Shown here: positions 8,837-17,255 of the stretch, in pieces
How the letters are laid out: each line of letters starts with the position of its first letter
Numbering within the stretch: position 1 is the first letter of the stretch
Origin: Candidatus Aenigmatarchaeota archaeon
GTDB taxonomy: Archaea; Aenigmatarchaeota; Aenigmatarchaeia; QMZP01; QMZT01
Assembly (NCBI GenBank): GCA_963726265.1
Contig: CAVSBQ010000002.1
Span: 352,001 to 416,000, forward strand
Direction: 5' to 3'
Length of the DNA: 64,000 bases
Notes under the pieces: model-generated
Databases searched by the model: none
The model's input: only the letters and a program-made list of their open reading frames with translations
What the model was told of the DNA's origin: nothing
Program-made: the position numbers and the translations under genes

Positions 8837-10189
8837 CTATTTAAAAAATGGTTTGGTGGCGCTCGTCAGCCCATCAAGCTTATCATCACCGATAAACGGC
8901 TCGAATTCCGCGCCGTCAAAAATTACGAAACTCGTGTCATAGTCGGATTTCTGCTTGTACTCGCTGGTTGTCGCGTATTCGCTCTCGACCTGATAATTTG
9001 AAAGCGAGACTGTTTCGCCTGTCTTCTTGCCCTTGTATCTCTCTTCCGTTATGGCGTCCTCGATGTGCATCGCTTTTTTAATCTCCAGGTTGTATTCGTC
9101 CTGGATGGGCATTGCGTATGATATCTGCTGGCTGCTGCTCTGGAAGCGCCATACCTCTTCGCCAGTTGCGCGATCGAGAGCATAGTAATGGCAGTCCCGG
9201 CTGCCGAAGCACACGAGGTCGTCGAATATTTTCGCTTCATCGTAAGTCTCTGCGCCTGTCCTGAATCTCCAGAGCTCTTTGCCGTCATTTGATCTTATTG
9301 CGTAAAAATAACTGTCCTCAGATCCGAAATAGACAACTCCGTCGTGGACGAGGCATCTGGCTATGAAGCCGCCTGTCTGAAATCTCCAGAGCTCTTTGCC
9401 TTCAAGCGAAAGGCAGTAAACTATGCCGTCCCTGCACGGTTGATAAAGCCTGTTATTGTACAGCGAAGGCGAAGTGACGTTGCCGTACTTGCCCGTCCTG
9501 AAGCGCCATATCTCCTTGCCTGTTTTGACATCTGCGCAATAGAGATAGTTGTCGAGGCATGAAAAATAGATTTTGCCCTCTCTTATCAGCATTTCCTTGT
9601 TAATCTGGACATCGTCTCCGGTCACGAAACGCCATACCTCTTTGCCACTCTTCGCGTCGAGGCAGTAAATGTTGTGATCACAGGAACCGAAGAACACTCT
9701 GTTATCATGGAACGTCACTGTGGACCCGACGTAGTCGCCAGTTTTAAAGCGCCAGAGCAGCCTTCCCGTCCCAGCTTCGACAGCATACAGGTTCTCGTCT
9801 TCTGAGCCGAAAAACACCATGTTCGCGCCAACGCCCGGGGTGCTGAAAAGCTTGCCTCCGGTTTTGAAACGCCATATTTCTCTGCCATTTTTTATATCAA
9901 CCGCATAGAGGTTATTGTCATACGACGGGATGAAAAGAAGCTTTCCGTCAGTCGAAGGCGAGCCGTAGTTGCAGTCATTCGTGCGGAACTTCCAGATTTC
10001 CTTTCCGCTTTTCGCATCTATGGCGTAAACGTAATGATCACCGCAGGTCGCGTATATCACGCCTTCGTGCATCATGGTGAAAACGAAGCTTCCTCCATCG
10101 CCTATCTTGAAAACCCTGTCGAACTTCCTGATCCTTTTCACTTCGAAATCTTCAAGTTCGGCGTCAAAGCCCTCGAATCCGAAATCCAT
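8837..10189 (-). CDS. PQQ-like (BamB-type) beta-propeller repeat protein, copy 3
   Basis: About 8 repeats of YFGSxDxxxYAxDxxTGKExWxFxT. Starts MDFGFE; no signal peptide. Confidence 0.88.
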   Translation of the reverse strand: MDFGFEGFDAELEDFEVKRIRKFDRVFKIGDGGSFVFTMMHEGVIYATCGDHYVYAIDAKSGKEIWKFRTNDCNYGSPSTDGKLLFIPSYDNNLYAVDIKNGREIWRFKTGGKLFSTPGVGANMVFFGSEDENLYAVEAGTGRLLWRFKTGDYVGSTVTFHDNRVFFGSCDHNIYCLDAKSGKEVWRFVTGDDVQINKEMLIREGKIYFSCLDNYLYCADVKTGKEIWRFRTGKYGNVTSPSLYNNRLYQPCRDGIVYCLSLEGKELWRFQTGGFIARCLVHDGVVYFGSEDSYFYAIRSNDGKELWRFRTGAETYDEAKIFDDLVCFGSRDCHYYALDRATGEEVWRFQSSSQQISYAMPIQDEYNLEIKKAMHIEDAITEERYKGKKTGETVSLSNYQVESEYATTSEYKQKSDYDTSFVIFDGAEFEPFIGDDKLDGLTSATKPFFK

Positions 10190-11497
10190 AGATTTTCAAC
10201 CTCGAAAACGTTTTCAAATATCACGAAGCTCGTGTCATAATTACTCTTTTGTTTGTAGTCGCTGGTTGTCGAGTATTCTGATGTGACATGATAATCAGAA
10301 AGCGAGACTGCTTTCTTCGCCTTTCTTTTTCCTGTATTTGTCCTCGGAAACCGCGTCCTCCGAGACGGCGCTTTTCTTGACTTTCAGCTCGAAAGCGTCA
10401 TGCGGCGGCGGGAGGGAGACCATCGAAAGGTTTGACGTCGCGAAACTCCATATTTCCTTGCCATGCATGTCAAGGGAATACAGGCGGCAGTCATAGGAGC
10501 CGAAAAACAGCCTGTTGTTCCACACGGCAGGGCCTCCGAAAACCTTGCCGCCTGTCATGAACCTCCACAGCTCCTTGCCTTCAAGGGAGATGGCGTAAAA
10601 TGCGCCGGTTTCGTCCCCGATATATATCGTATCATTGTAAACCAGAGGCCCGCCGGGCAGGCTTCCCAGCCTGAACCTCCATAGCTCTTTCCCGTCCCTT
10701 GTGAAAGCGTAGAGAATCGCGTCCCTCGAAGGCTGGAGGACAATATCGCCATAGACTATCGGCTGGACAGCGTTGCCATATTTGGCTGTCTTGGCTTTCC
10801 AGATTTCCTTGCCCGTTCCGGCATCAAGAGCATACAGGTAGCCGTCCATGGAAGCGAAATAAACGACGCCGTCCGAGATAAAGGGCTTGTGGCAGAGATC
10901 CCACATTTCCGCACCCATCCTGAATCTCCAGAGCTCCTTTCCCTTTGCCGAAAGGCAGTAGAAATTCCCGTCGTAAGAGCCTATGTATATCCTGTTGTTC
11001 CACGCGACAGGGCTTGAAACCACCCAGTCGCCTGTCCTGAAGCTCCATACACGCCTGCCCGTTTTCCTGTCCACGGCATAAAGATAGCCGTCTTTGGAGC
11101 CCGCCAGGACCAAATCGCCGTAAACGCAAGGCGACGATGCCACCTCGCCTCCAGTCTGGAAGCGCCAGGCCTCCTTGCCGTCCAGCGTTATGGCATAAAG
11201 GCTCTTGTCATAGCTGCCGATGAAAAGCATGCCGTCCGAAATCGCCGGGATCGAGAATATTTTCCCGCCGGTCTTGTATTTCCAGACTTCCTTCCCTGTT
11301 TTCGCGTCGACGGCGTAAACGTAATTGTCAGCGCTGCCGAAATAAAGCATCCCTTCGTGGACAACCGGGGTGGACATTATGCTACCGCCTTCGCCTATCA
11401 TGAAGTTCCTGTCCATCTTCTTGGTTTTGACCAGTTCGAAGTCTTCTATCTCCATTTCGAAGTCTGAGCTTTCAAAGCTGTCGAAGCCGAAGTCCAT
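10138..11497 (-). CDS. PQQ-like beta-propeller repeat protein, copy 2, with one +1 frameshift near 10313
   Basis: ORF 10295..11497 stops early. Removing one base restores the family C-terminus AVSLSDYHVTSEYSTTSDYKQKSNYDTSFVIF, ending at TGA 10140-10138. Confidence 0.8.
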
Positions 11498-12798
11498 ATA
11501 TCTTCTACCTCCAAAATTCCTTCAAATATGACAAAATCAACATTGTAATCGGATTTCTGCTTATAATCCGACTCGCTGGTGTATTCGCTTTCTATGCGAT
11601 AATCCGAAAGCGAGACCGTTTCGTCTTTCTTTTTCTTGTATCTGTCCTCGTGGATCAAATCCTCTATGTGCGTTTCCTTTTTGATTTCCAACCTGAACAT
11701 GCCGTAAGGGTCGGACCATATGGTTTTTCTCAGCGTGCTGGTCTGCACGTTCCACAATTCCTGGCCAGTTTTTATATCGAGATAATGAATTCTGCAGTCA
11801 GCAGCCCCGAAAATGAGCGTGTCTTTGTAAAGCTTTGCCTCGTCCCATATCTGGCCGTCAACCTTGAACCTCCAGATTTCGTTGCCTTCAAGGTCAAGGC
11901 AGTAAAAATTGCCGTCTTCTGAACCGAAGTATATTTTCTCTTCACTCACAACGGCCTTTGACTCGACGACCCCGCCAGTGCGGAATCTCCATATCTCTTT
12001 ACCTTCTGTATCAAGACAGAAGAAGTTCCCGTCCCTTGCTCCGATGTATATCCTTCCGTCCACAACTGTAGGGGACATGGCTATACCGTAATCCCCTAAC
12101 TTTGATCTCCAGATTTCCTTGCCCGTTTCAACGTTCAGGGCATAGAGGTAGCTGTCGAAAGAAGGGATGAAAACGATGCTCCCGTAAACTTCGAGGTGAA
12201 CCGGGTCGAATATTTCAGCCCCTGTTTTGAAGCGCCAGAGCTCCCTGCCTGTTTTTTCACTGACGCAGTAGGCATAACCGTCAAAGGAACCGAATATCGC
12301 AGTATTTTTGTAAAACCCCGGCGCGCAGCACATCTCCCCGCCTGCCTTAAACCTCCACAGCAGTTTCCCTGTTTTTGCCTCAAATGCATAAAAGTTAGAA
12401 TCCCGGCAGGATGTGCAGACTATGTTTCCTTTAACTCCGGCGTATCCTGCCGTGGCGCCAGCCATCTTATATCTCCAAACAATACTCCCGTTCGAAGCTG
12501 CTATACAATAAAAATTTCCTTCCCTATCCCCGATATATAAAAAGTCTTTTGAGCCGACAGGGGAAGAATCGATTATTGCATCAAGCTTCGTTCTCCACAG
12601 AAGTTCTCTATTTTCGATATCCAAAGCGTAAACGTACCCGTCAAACGCGCCATAATAAAGCATATTGCATATAAGCGTCGTCCTTACTATGGATCCGCCT
12701 TCATCGCCAGACCATACCCTGTCAAATTTGCCCACTTTCCTGACTTCCATGTCTTCCAGTTCCGTGTCGAAATCCGATGCCTCAAAGCCAAAGTCCAT
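11446..12798 (-). CDS. PQQ-like beta-propeller repeat protein, copy 1
   Basis: Same repeats. Start set at MDFGFE (12798, preceded by GGAG), giving 450 aa like copy 3. Confidence 0.85.
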   Translation of the reverse strand: MDFGFEASDFDTELEDMEVRKVGKFDRVWSGDEGGSIVRTTLICNMLYYGAFDGYVYALDIENRELLWRTKLDAIIDSSPVGSKDFLYIGDREGNFYCIAASNGSIVWRYKMAGATAGYAGVKGNIVCTSCRDSNFYAFEAKTGKLLWRFKAGGEMCCAPGFYKNTAIFGSFDGYAYCVSEKTGRELWRFKTGAEIFDPVHLEVYGSIVFIPSFDSYLYALNVETGKEIWRSKLGDYGIAMSPTVVDGRIYIGARDGNFFCLDTEGKEIWRFRTGGVVESKAVVSEEKIYFGSEDGNFYCLDLEGNEIWRFKVDGQIWDEAKLYKDTLIFGAADCRIHYLDIKTGQELWNVQTSTLRKTIWSDPYGMFRLEIKKETHIEDLIHEDRYKKKKDETVSLSDYRIESEYTSESDYKQKSDYNVDFVIFEGILEVEDIWTSASTALKAQTSKWR

Positions 12799-12936
12799 AC
12801 TCCAGAATAGGCAAAAAGGTTTAAAAAACGTATATTTATTAATATACCTCACACATATTAGGATTATCGCGTTATGGGTTCAGTATAGGTTGATTGACGA
12901 ACGATTGACTAACTGTGGAATGAACGGTGAAATGAA

Positions 12937-13587
12937 ATGACAGTAAAAACCGAAAAAGAGGAGCCTGGCACCGGAGCCGGCGCAGGGCAGCATGCCAGCC
13001 AGAGCCAGATGCTGGTCGACAGGACCGAATACCTGACTTCCGGCGTCCACATAGGCATGAAGACGTGCACGAAGTTCATGAAGCAGTTCATCTACAAGAT
13101 CAGGGAGGACGGTCTCGCCGTTTTCAATATCCAGAAGGTCGACGAGAGGATAAAGACGGCAGCGCAGTTCCTTTCCGGCTTCGAAAACGTCATGGCCGTT
13201 TCCAGGAAGGGTAACGGCATCCTGCCAGTCAAGAAGTTCACCGAAAGCGTGGGCGGCAAGGCCGTCCCAGGACGCTTTCCGCCGGGCATGCTCACCAACC
13301 CGTCATACAGGGATTTCTACGAACCGGATGTCATTTTTGTCATCGACCCGCTCATAGACAGGCAGGCGGTGGAGGAGGCCAAGAAGAAGCGCGTTCCCGT
13401 CGTCGCGCTGTGCGACACCTTCAACGAGGCGAGCGACGTCGACATCGTCATCCCGTCCAACAACAACGGGAAGAAATCCATCGCCCTCATCTGCTGGATT
13501 CTGGCGAGGGAAATAATGAAGAACAGGAAGAAGATAAGCGAGAACAACGAGTTCAAGCCCACGCTCAAGGACTTCGGCTCGGAGTGA
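12937..13587 (+). CDS. rps2: 30S ribosomal protein S2 (uS2)
   Basis: YLTSGVHIG, IYKIREDGL, GRFPPGMLTNP and IPSNNNGKKSI motifs. Confidence 0.96.
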   Translation: MTVKTEKEEPGTGAGAGQHASQSQMLVDRTEYLTSGVHIGMKTCTKFMKQFIYKIREDGLAVFNIQKVDERIKTAAQFLSGFENVMAVSRKGNGILPVKKFTESVGGKAVPGRFPPGMLTNPSYRDFYEPDVIFVIDPLIDRQAVEEAKKKRVPVVALCDTFNEASDVDIVIPSNNNGKKSIALICWILAREIMKNRKKISENNEFKPTLKDFGSE

Positions 13588-13597
13588 ACGCCGTGGA

Positions 13598-14104
13598 ATG
13601 ATACTTATGAACGTAAGTTCGCAAAAAAAGCTGGCCGCGAAGGTCATGAAGGTCGGCTTGTCCAGGGTAAGAATTGTCGACGAGAAGGACGTAGAGGAAG
13701 CTCTCACGAGGAACGACATCAGGAGGCTCATCGTCAGGGGGTCGATAACCTCCGTCAACAAAAGAGGAACGTGCAAAAAATACTCCGCCTACCGCTGCAG
13801 CCAGAAAAAGAAAGGCAGGCGCATCGGCAAGGGCAGCTGGAAGGGCAGGAAGTTCTCCAAGAAGACGGGCAAGGAGCACTGGATGGATCGCGTGCGGGCG
13901 CTGAGACGCATGCTCAGCGAGCTGAGGGACGAGGGGAAGATCGGGAAGAAAGATTACAGGAAGATGTATTACATGATAAAGGGCGGCAACTTCAGAAACA
14001 AGAAGCACATGCTTTACTACCTCAAGAGCAAGGAGCTCATAAAAGAAGACAAGACGAAAGCGACGAAGGAGTTAAAGGCAGGGAAAGCGCATGAGAGGAA
14101 GTAA
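13598..14104 (+). CDS. rpl19e: 50S ribosomal protein L19e
   Basis: QKKLAAKVMKVGLSRV, GRRIGKGSWKG, WMDRVRALRR and YYMIKGGNF motifs. Alternative start at 13607. Confidence 0.95.
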   Translation: MILMNVSSQKKLAAKVMKVGLSRVRIVDEKDVEEALTRNDIRRLIVRGSITSVNKRGTCKKYSAYRCSQKKKGRRIGKGSWKGRKFSKKTGKEHWMDRVRALRRMLSELRDEGKIGKKDYRKMYYMIKGGNFRNKKHMLYYLKSKELIKEDKTKATKELKAGKAHERK

Positions 14105-14885
14105 CAGGGTTTTGCCCCACAGGAGGAAGAGGGAAGGCAGGACGGATTACAGGCTCCGCCTCAAACTGCTCAAGTCAAGGCAGCCGAGGCTCGTCGTCAG
14201 GAGATCGCTGAGCAACATAACATGCCAGGTGGTGGTATACGAACCGAAGGGCGACAAAGTCGTGGTAACCGCTGACTCGAAAGAGCTCAGGGAATTCGGA
14301 TGGAAGTTCCACTGCGGCAACATTCCTGCCGCTTATCTTACTGGATTCCTGTGCGCGGAGCGCGCGAAAAAGCATAAGATTTCGAACGCCATCCTCGACA
14401 TAGGCCTTTACCAGGCAATCCACGGAGGCCAGCTTTATTCTGCGCTGAAAGGCGCGGTCGACGGAGGGCTTGACATTTCCCATTCAGACGACGTCCTTCC
14501 CCCGCAGGAAAGGTTTTCAGGGCAGCACATCGCCGCATACTCGGAAAAGCTGAAGGCTGATGAGCCGGACAAATACAAGAAAGTCTTTTCCGCGTGCCTG
14601 AGGGAGAAAGCCGACCCGAAGGAGATGCCGGCGGTATTCGAGGAAACCAAGAAGAAAATCGCGGCGGAGAAAGGCGAAAGGAAGAAAGCCCATCACGAAC
14701 CAGGGAAGGAGCACAAAGCGGAACATGCACACAAAGAACATAAAGCAGAAACCCATGAACACAAGGCAGAGCATCCTCAAGAACACAAGACCGAGCATAA
14801 AGCCGAGCACCACGAACACAAGGCAGAGCATGCAGAAGCGAAACACGATCATGCCGCGGAGCATCACGAGCACAAAAAGGGTTAG
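14091..14885 (+). CDS. rpl18: 50S ribosomal protein L18 (uL18) with His/Glu/Lys-rich C-terminal extension
   Basis: RRKREGRTDYRLRLKLLKS, PRLVVRRS, NIPAAYLTG and ILDIGL motifs. Tail of EHKAE repeats. Confidence 0.95.
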   Translation: MRGSNRVLPHRRKREGRTDYRLRLKLLKSRQPRLVVRRSLSNITCQVVVYEPKGDKVVVTADSKELREFGWKFHCGNIPAAYLTGFLCAERAKKHKISNAILDIGLYQAIHGGQLYSALKGAVDGGLDISHSDDVLPPQERFSGQHIAAYSEKLKADEPDKYKKVFSACLREKADPKEMPAVFEETKKKIAAEKGERKKAHHEPGKEHKAEHAHKEHKAETHEHKAEHPQEHKTEHKAEHHEHKAEHAEAKHDHAAEHHEHKKG

Positions 14886-14945
14886 CTGATTTCTTTTTCT
14901 TATTATTGGTCAAAATTTTAATTAGCGGCCGGACAATATGATTAT

Positions 14946-15407
14946 ATGAAAGGCTCGATTCTGCTGTTCATCCTGTTGTGGGCGTTCTGGCTTCTGCTGA
15001 ATGGCGCCGCGCCGGACGAGCTGCTGGTGGGCGGCGTGATATCGGCCGGGATATCGGCAATCTTCGGCTACTTCTTCCTCAGAGATGCGAAGAAGGGGTA
15101 TGTAAAGAGCCTGCTCTGGCTGCTCGCCTACGTTCCCTATTACGTTTACCAGGAAATCATCTGCGTCGCGGACGTGAGCTACAGGATCATAACGGGCAGG
15201 ATAAATCCCGCGATAGTCGAGGTGCCGCACGCGCACAGGCACAGCTGGGGCATAACCGCACTCTCGAACTCGATAACCATGACCCCCGGAACGTTAACGC
15301 TGGAAACGGAGCCGGGAAAGCTTTACGTGCACTGGCTCAACCTAGGCAAGGACAAGAAGCAGATAGCCGGCGTGTTTGACAAATTCCTGATGAAGATATG
15401 GGAATGA
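14946..15407 (+). CDS. mnhE: Mrp/Mnh antiporter subunit E (MbhA-like)
   Basis: FWLLL, INPAIVEV, LSNSITMTPGTLT and LYVHWL motifs. Confidence 0.9.
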   Translation: MKGSILLFILLWAFWLLLNGAAPDELLVGGVISAGISAIFGYFFLRDAKKGYVKSLLWLLAYVPYYVYQEIICVADVSYRIITGRINPAIVEVPHAHRHSWGITALSNSITMTPGTLTLETEPGKLYVHWLNLGKDKKQIAGVFDKFLMKIWE

Positions 15408-15413
15408 TGCGAT

Positions 15414-15677
15414 ATGCTTGAATATGCGATAGCCCTGCTGGTGGTTTCGGTTTTCATATGCGTGCTTCGCGTCGTGAAAGGCCCGACTGCACCGGACAGG
15501 GTCCTCGCCAGCGATACGATAAACTCGATAGTCATAGCCGCGATAGTCCTGCTGGCCGTCTACTACAACAACCAGATGTTCGCGGACGTCGCGCTTGTCT
15601 ACGCGATGATATCGTTTTTGTCCACGCTCGCGATTTCCAAATATCTCATGCAGAGGAGCGAGAAAGGAGACGTCTGA
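15414..15677 (+). CDS. mnhF: Mrp/Mnh antiporter subunit F (MbhB-like)
   Basis: RVVKGPTAPDRVLASD and DVALVYAMISFLSTLAISKYL motifs. Confidence 0.92.
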   Translation: MLEYAIALLVVSVFICVLRVVKGPTAPDRVLASDTINSIVIAAIVLLAVYYNNQMFADVALVYAMISFLSTLAISKYLMQRSEKGDV

Positions 15678-15989
15678 ATGCTCGAAACGGTAAGCCTAAT
15701 CCTCATACTTGCAGGCGGCGTGTTTTCCGTAATCGGCTCGCTGGGCCTGCTCCGCTTCCCAGACATCTACAGCCGCTCGCACGCGCAGACCGTCGTCAAC
15801 GTCGGCGGGACGTGCCTCATCCTCATCGGCGTCATGCTCGGCAACCTGTCCTCGCTCATCTTCGTGAAGGCGCTGTTCCTCATAGTATTCATCTTCTTAA
15901 CATCGCCCGCTGGCACGCATGCCATAGCCAAGGCCGCCTATTTGTCGGGCGTAAAGCCGAAGGTCAGGAAGGACGAGTGGAAAGGTTAA
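15678..15989 (+). CDS. mnhG: Mrp/Mnh antiporter subunit G (MbhC-like)
   Basis: GLLRFPDIYSRSHA and LTSPAGTHAIAKAAY motifs. Confidence 0.92.
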   Translation: MLETVSLILILAGGVFSVIGSLGLLRFPDIYSRSHAQTVVNVGGTCLILIGVMLGNLSSLIFVKALFLIVFIFLTSPAGTHAIAKAAYLSGVKPKVRKDEWKG

Positions 15990-16015
15990 AAACCAGCGAA
16001 CCAAAAAGGGTTATT

Positions 16016-17239
16016 ATGTTCGGCTTTCTGAAGAAAAAGCTCTCGGAATCGGTGGAGAGGCTCAGCGAGAAAATCAGGAACAAGGAGGAGCCTCCCAAAA
16101 TCCCGGAAGAGAGGATAGAAAAATCGGCAGCGAAAATCGAGGAAAGAAAAATAGAAGAGAAAAAATTCGAAGTCAGACCAATTCATGAAAAGCCGAAACC
16201 GGTAAAACCGGAAGTGAAAAAAGAACTACAGAAAACAGAACCTCCGAAAATGGAAGCGGTAGAAAGACGTGTCGAAAGGCCGGCTGAAAAGCCCGCTGAG
16301 AGAATAGTCGAGAAGCTGGCTGCAGTTGAAAGGCCGGCAGAGAAAGCGGTGGAGAAAAAACCCGGCCTGATGGACAGGCTGACCGGCAGGGTCTTCGAGA
16401 GGAAAATTTCTGAAGGTGATATTGATTCTCTTTTTGAAGAGATGGAGCTCGGCCTGATGGAAGCCAACATGACGCTCGAGACCATCGATTTCATCAAAAC
16501 GGAGATGAAAAGGCTGCTGGTCGGGAGGCAGCTGAAACGCGGAGATGTAGAGAAAGACGTCCGCGCCTCGCTTGAAAATGTCCTGCTAGAGATTTTCGAC
16601 CCGGGCAGCCTTGACCTGGAAAAGCTCGCCGGAGAGAAAAGGCCGATTTGCATCGTGTTCCTCGGCTTCAACGGCAGCGGAAAAACCACCAGCATAGCGA
16701 AGCTCGGCCAGTATCTGAAGAACAGGAAATTCGAAGTCGTGCTCGCCGCAGGCGATACCTGGCGTTCGGCGGCGATAGAGCAGCTTGAGGTCCACGGCAA
16801 CCGCCTCGGACTTAAGGTGATAAAACACAAATACGGGGCGGATTCCGCCGCCGTCGTATACGATGCGGTGGAGCATGCGAAGGCGAAGGGAGCGAGTTTC
16901 GTGCTCGCTGACACCGCAGGCCGCTCGCACGCAAACCAGAACTTAATGGACGAGCTGAAAAAAGTCGTGAGAGTCAACAAGCCAGACCTGAAAATCCTCG
17001 TAATGGACTCGCTGGCAGGGAATGACCTTGTCGAGCAGGCGAAGAAATTCGACGAGGCCGTGGGCGTGGACGCGATGATATTCACCAAGGTCGACGTCAA
17101 CGAGAAGGGCGGCGGGATGGTGTCCGCCTGCCTTGCCATAAAGAAACCGATACTTTACATCGGCGTCGGACAGGATTACAAAGACATAGAACTTTTCGAC
17201 GCCAAAAAATTCGTGAAGGATTTGATGGAAGGCGGATAA
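16016..17239 (+). CDS. ftsY: Signal recognition particle receptor FtsY
   Basis: Starts MFGFLKKKL, then a charged A-domain; GFNGSGKTTSIAKL, DTWRSAAIEQL, DTAGR and TKVD motifs. Confidence 0.95.
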   Translation: MFGFLKKKLSESVERLSEKIRNKEEPPKIPEERIEKSAAKIEERKIEEKKFEVRPIHEKPKPVKPEVKKELQKTEPPKMEAVERRVERPAEKPAERIVEKLAAVERPAEKAVEKKPGLMDRLTGRVFERKISEGDIDSLFEEMELGLMEANMTLETIDFIKTEMKRLLVGRQLKRGDVEKDVRASLENVLLEIFDPGSLDLEKLAGEKRPICIVFLGFNGSGKTTSIAKLGQYLKNRKFEVVLAAGDTWRSAAIEQLEVHGNRLGLKVIKHKYGADSAAVVYDAVEHAKAKGASFVLADTAGRSHANQNLMDELKKVVRVNKPDLKILVMDSLAGNDLVEQAKKFDEAVGVDAMIFTKVDVNEKGGGMVSACLAIKKPILYIGVGQDYKDIELFDAKKFVKDLMEGG

Positions 17240-17255
17240 AAACCAGAAAAATTAT

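Noticed and set aside
8837..12798. PQQ-dependent dehydrogenases or true BamB
   Set aside because: Only generic propeller repeats are seen, with no signal peptide or lipobox and no recognisable catalytic motifs.
15458..16015. 593-aa ORF as an N-terminally extended FtsY
   Set aside because: The extension is an off-frame read of mnhF/mnhG; the typical MFGFLKKKL start is at 16016.
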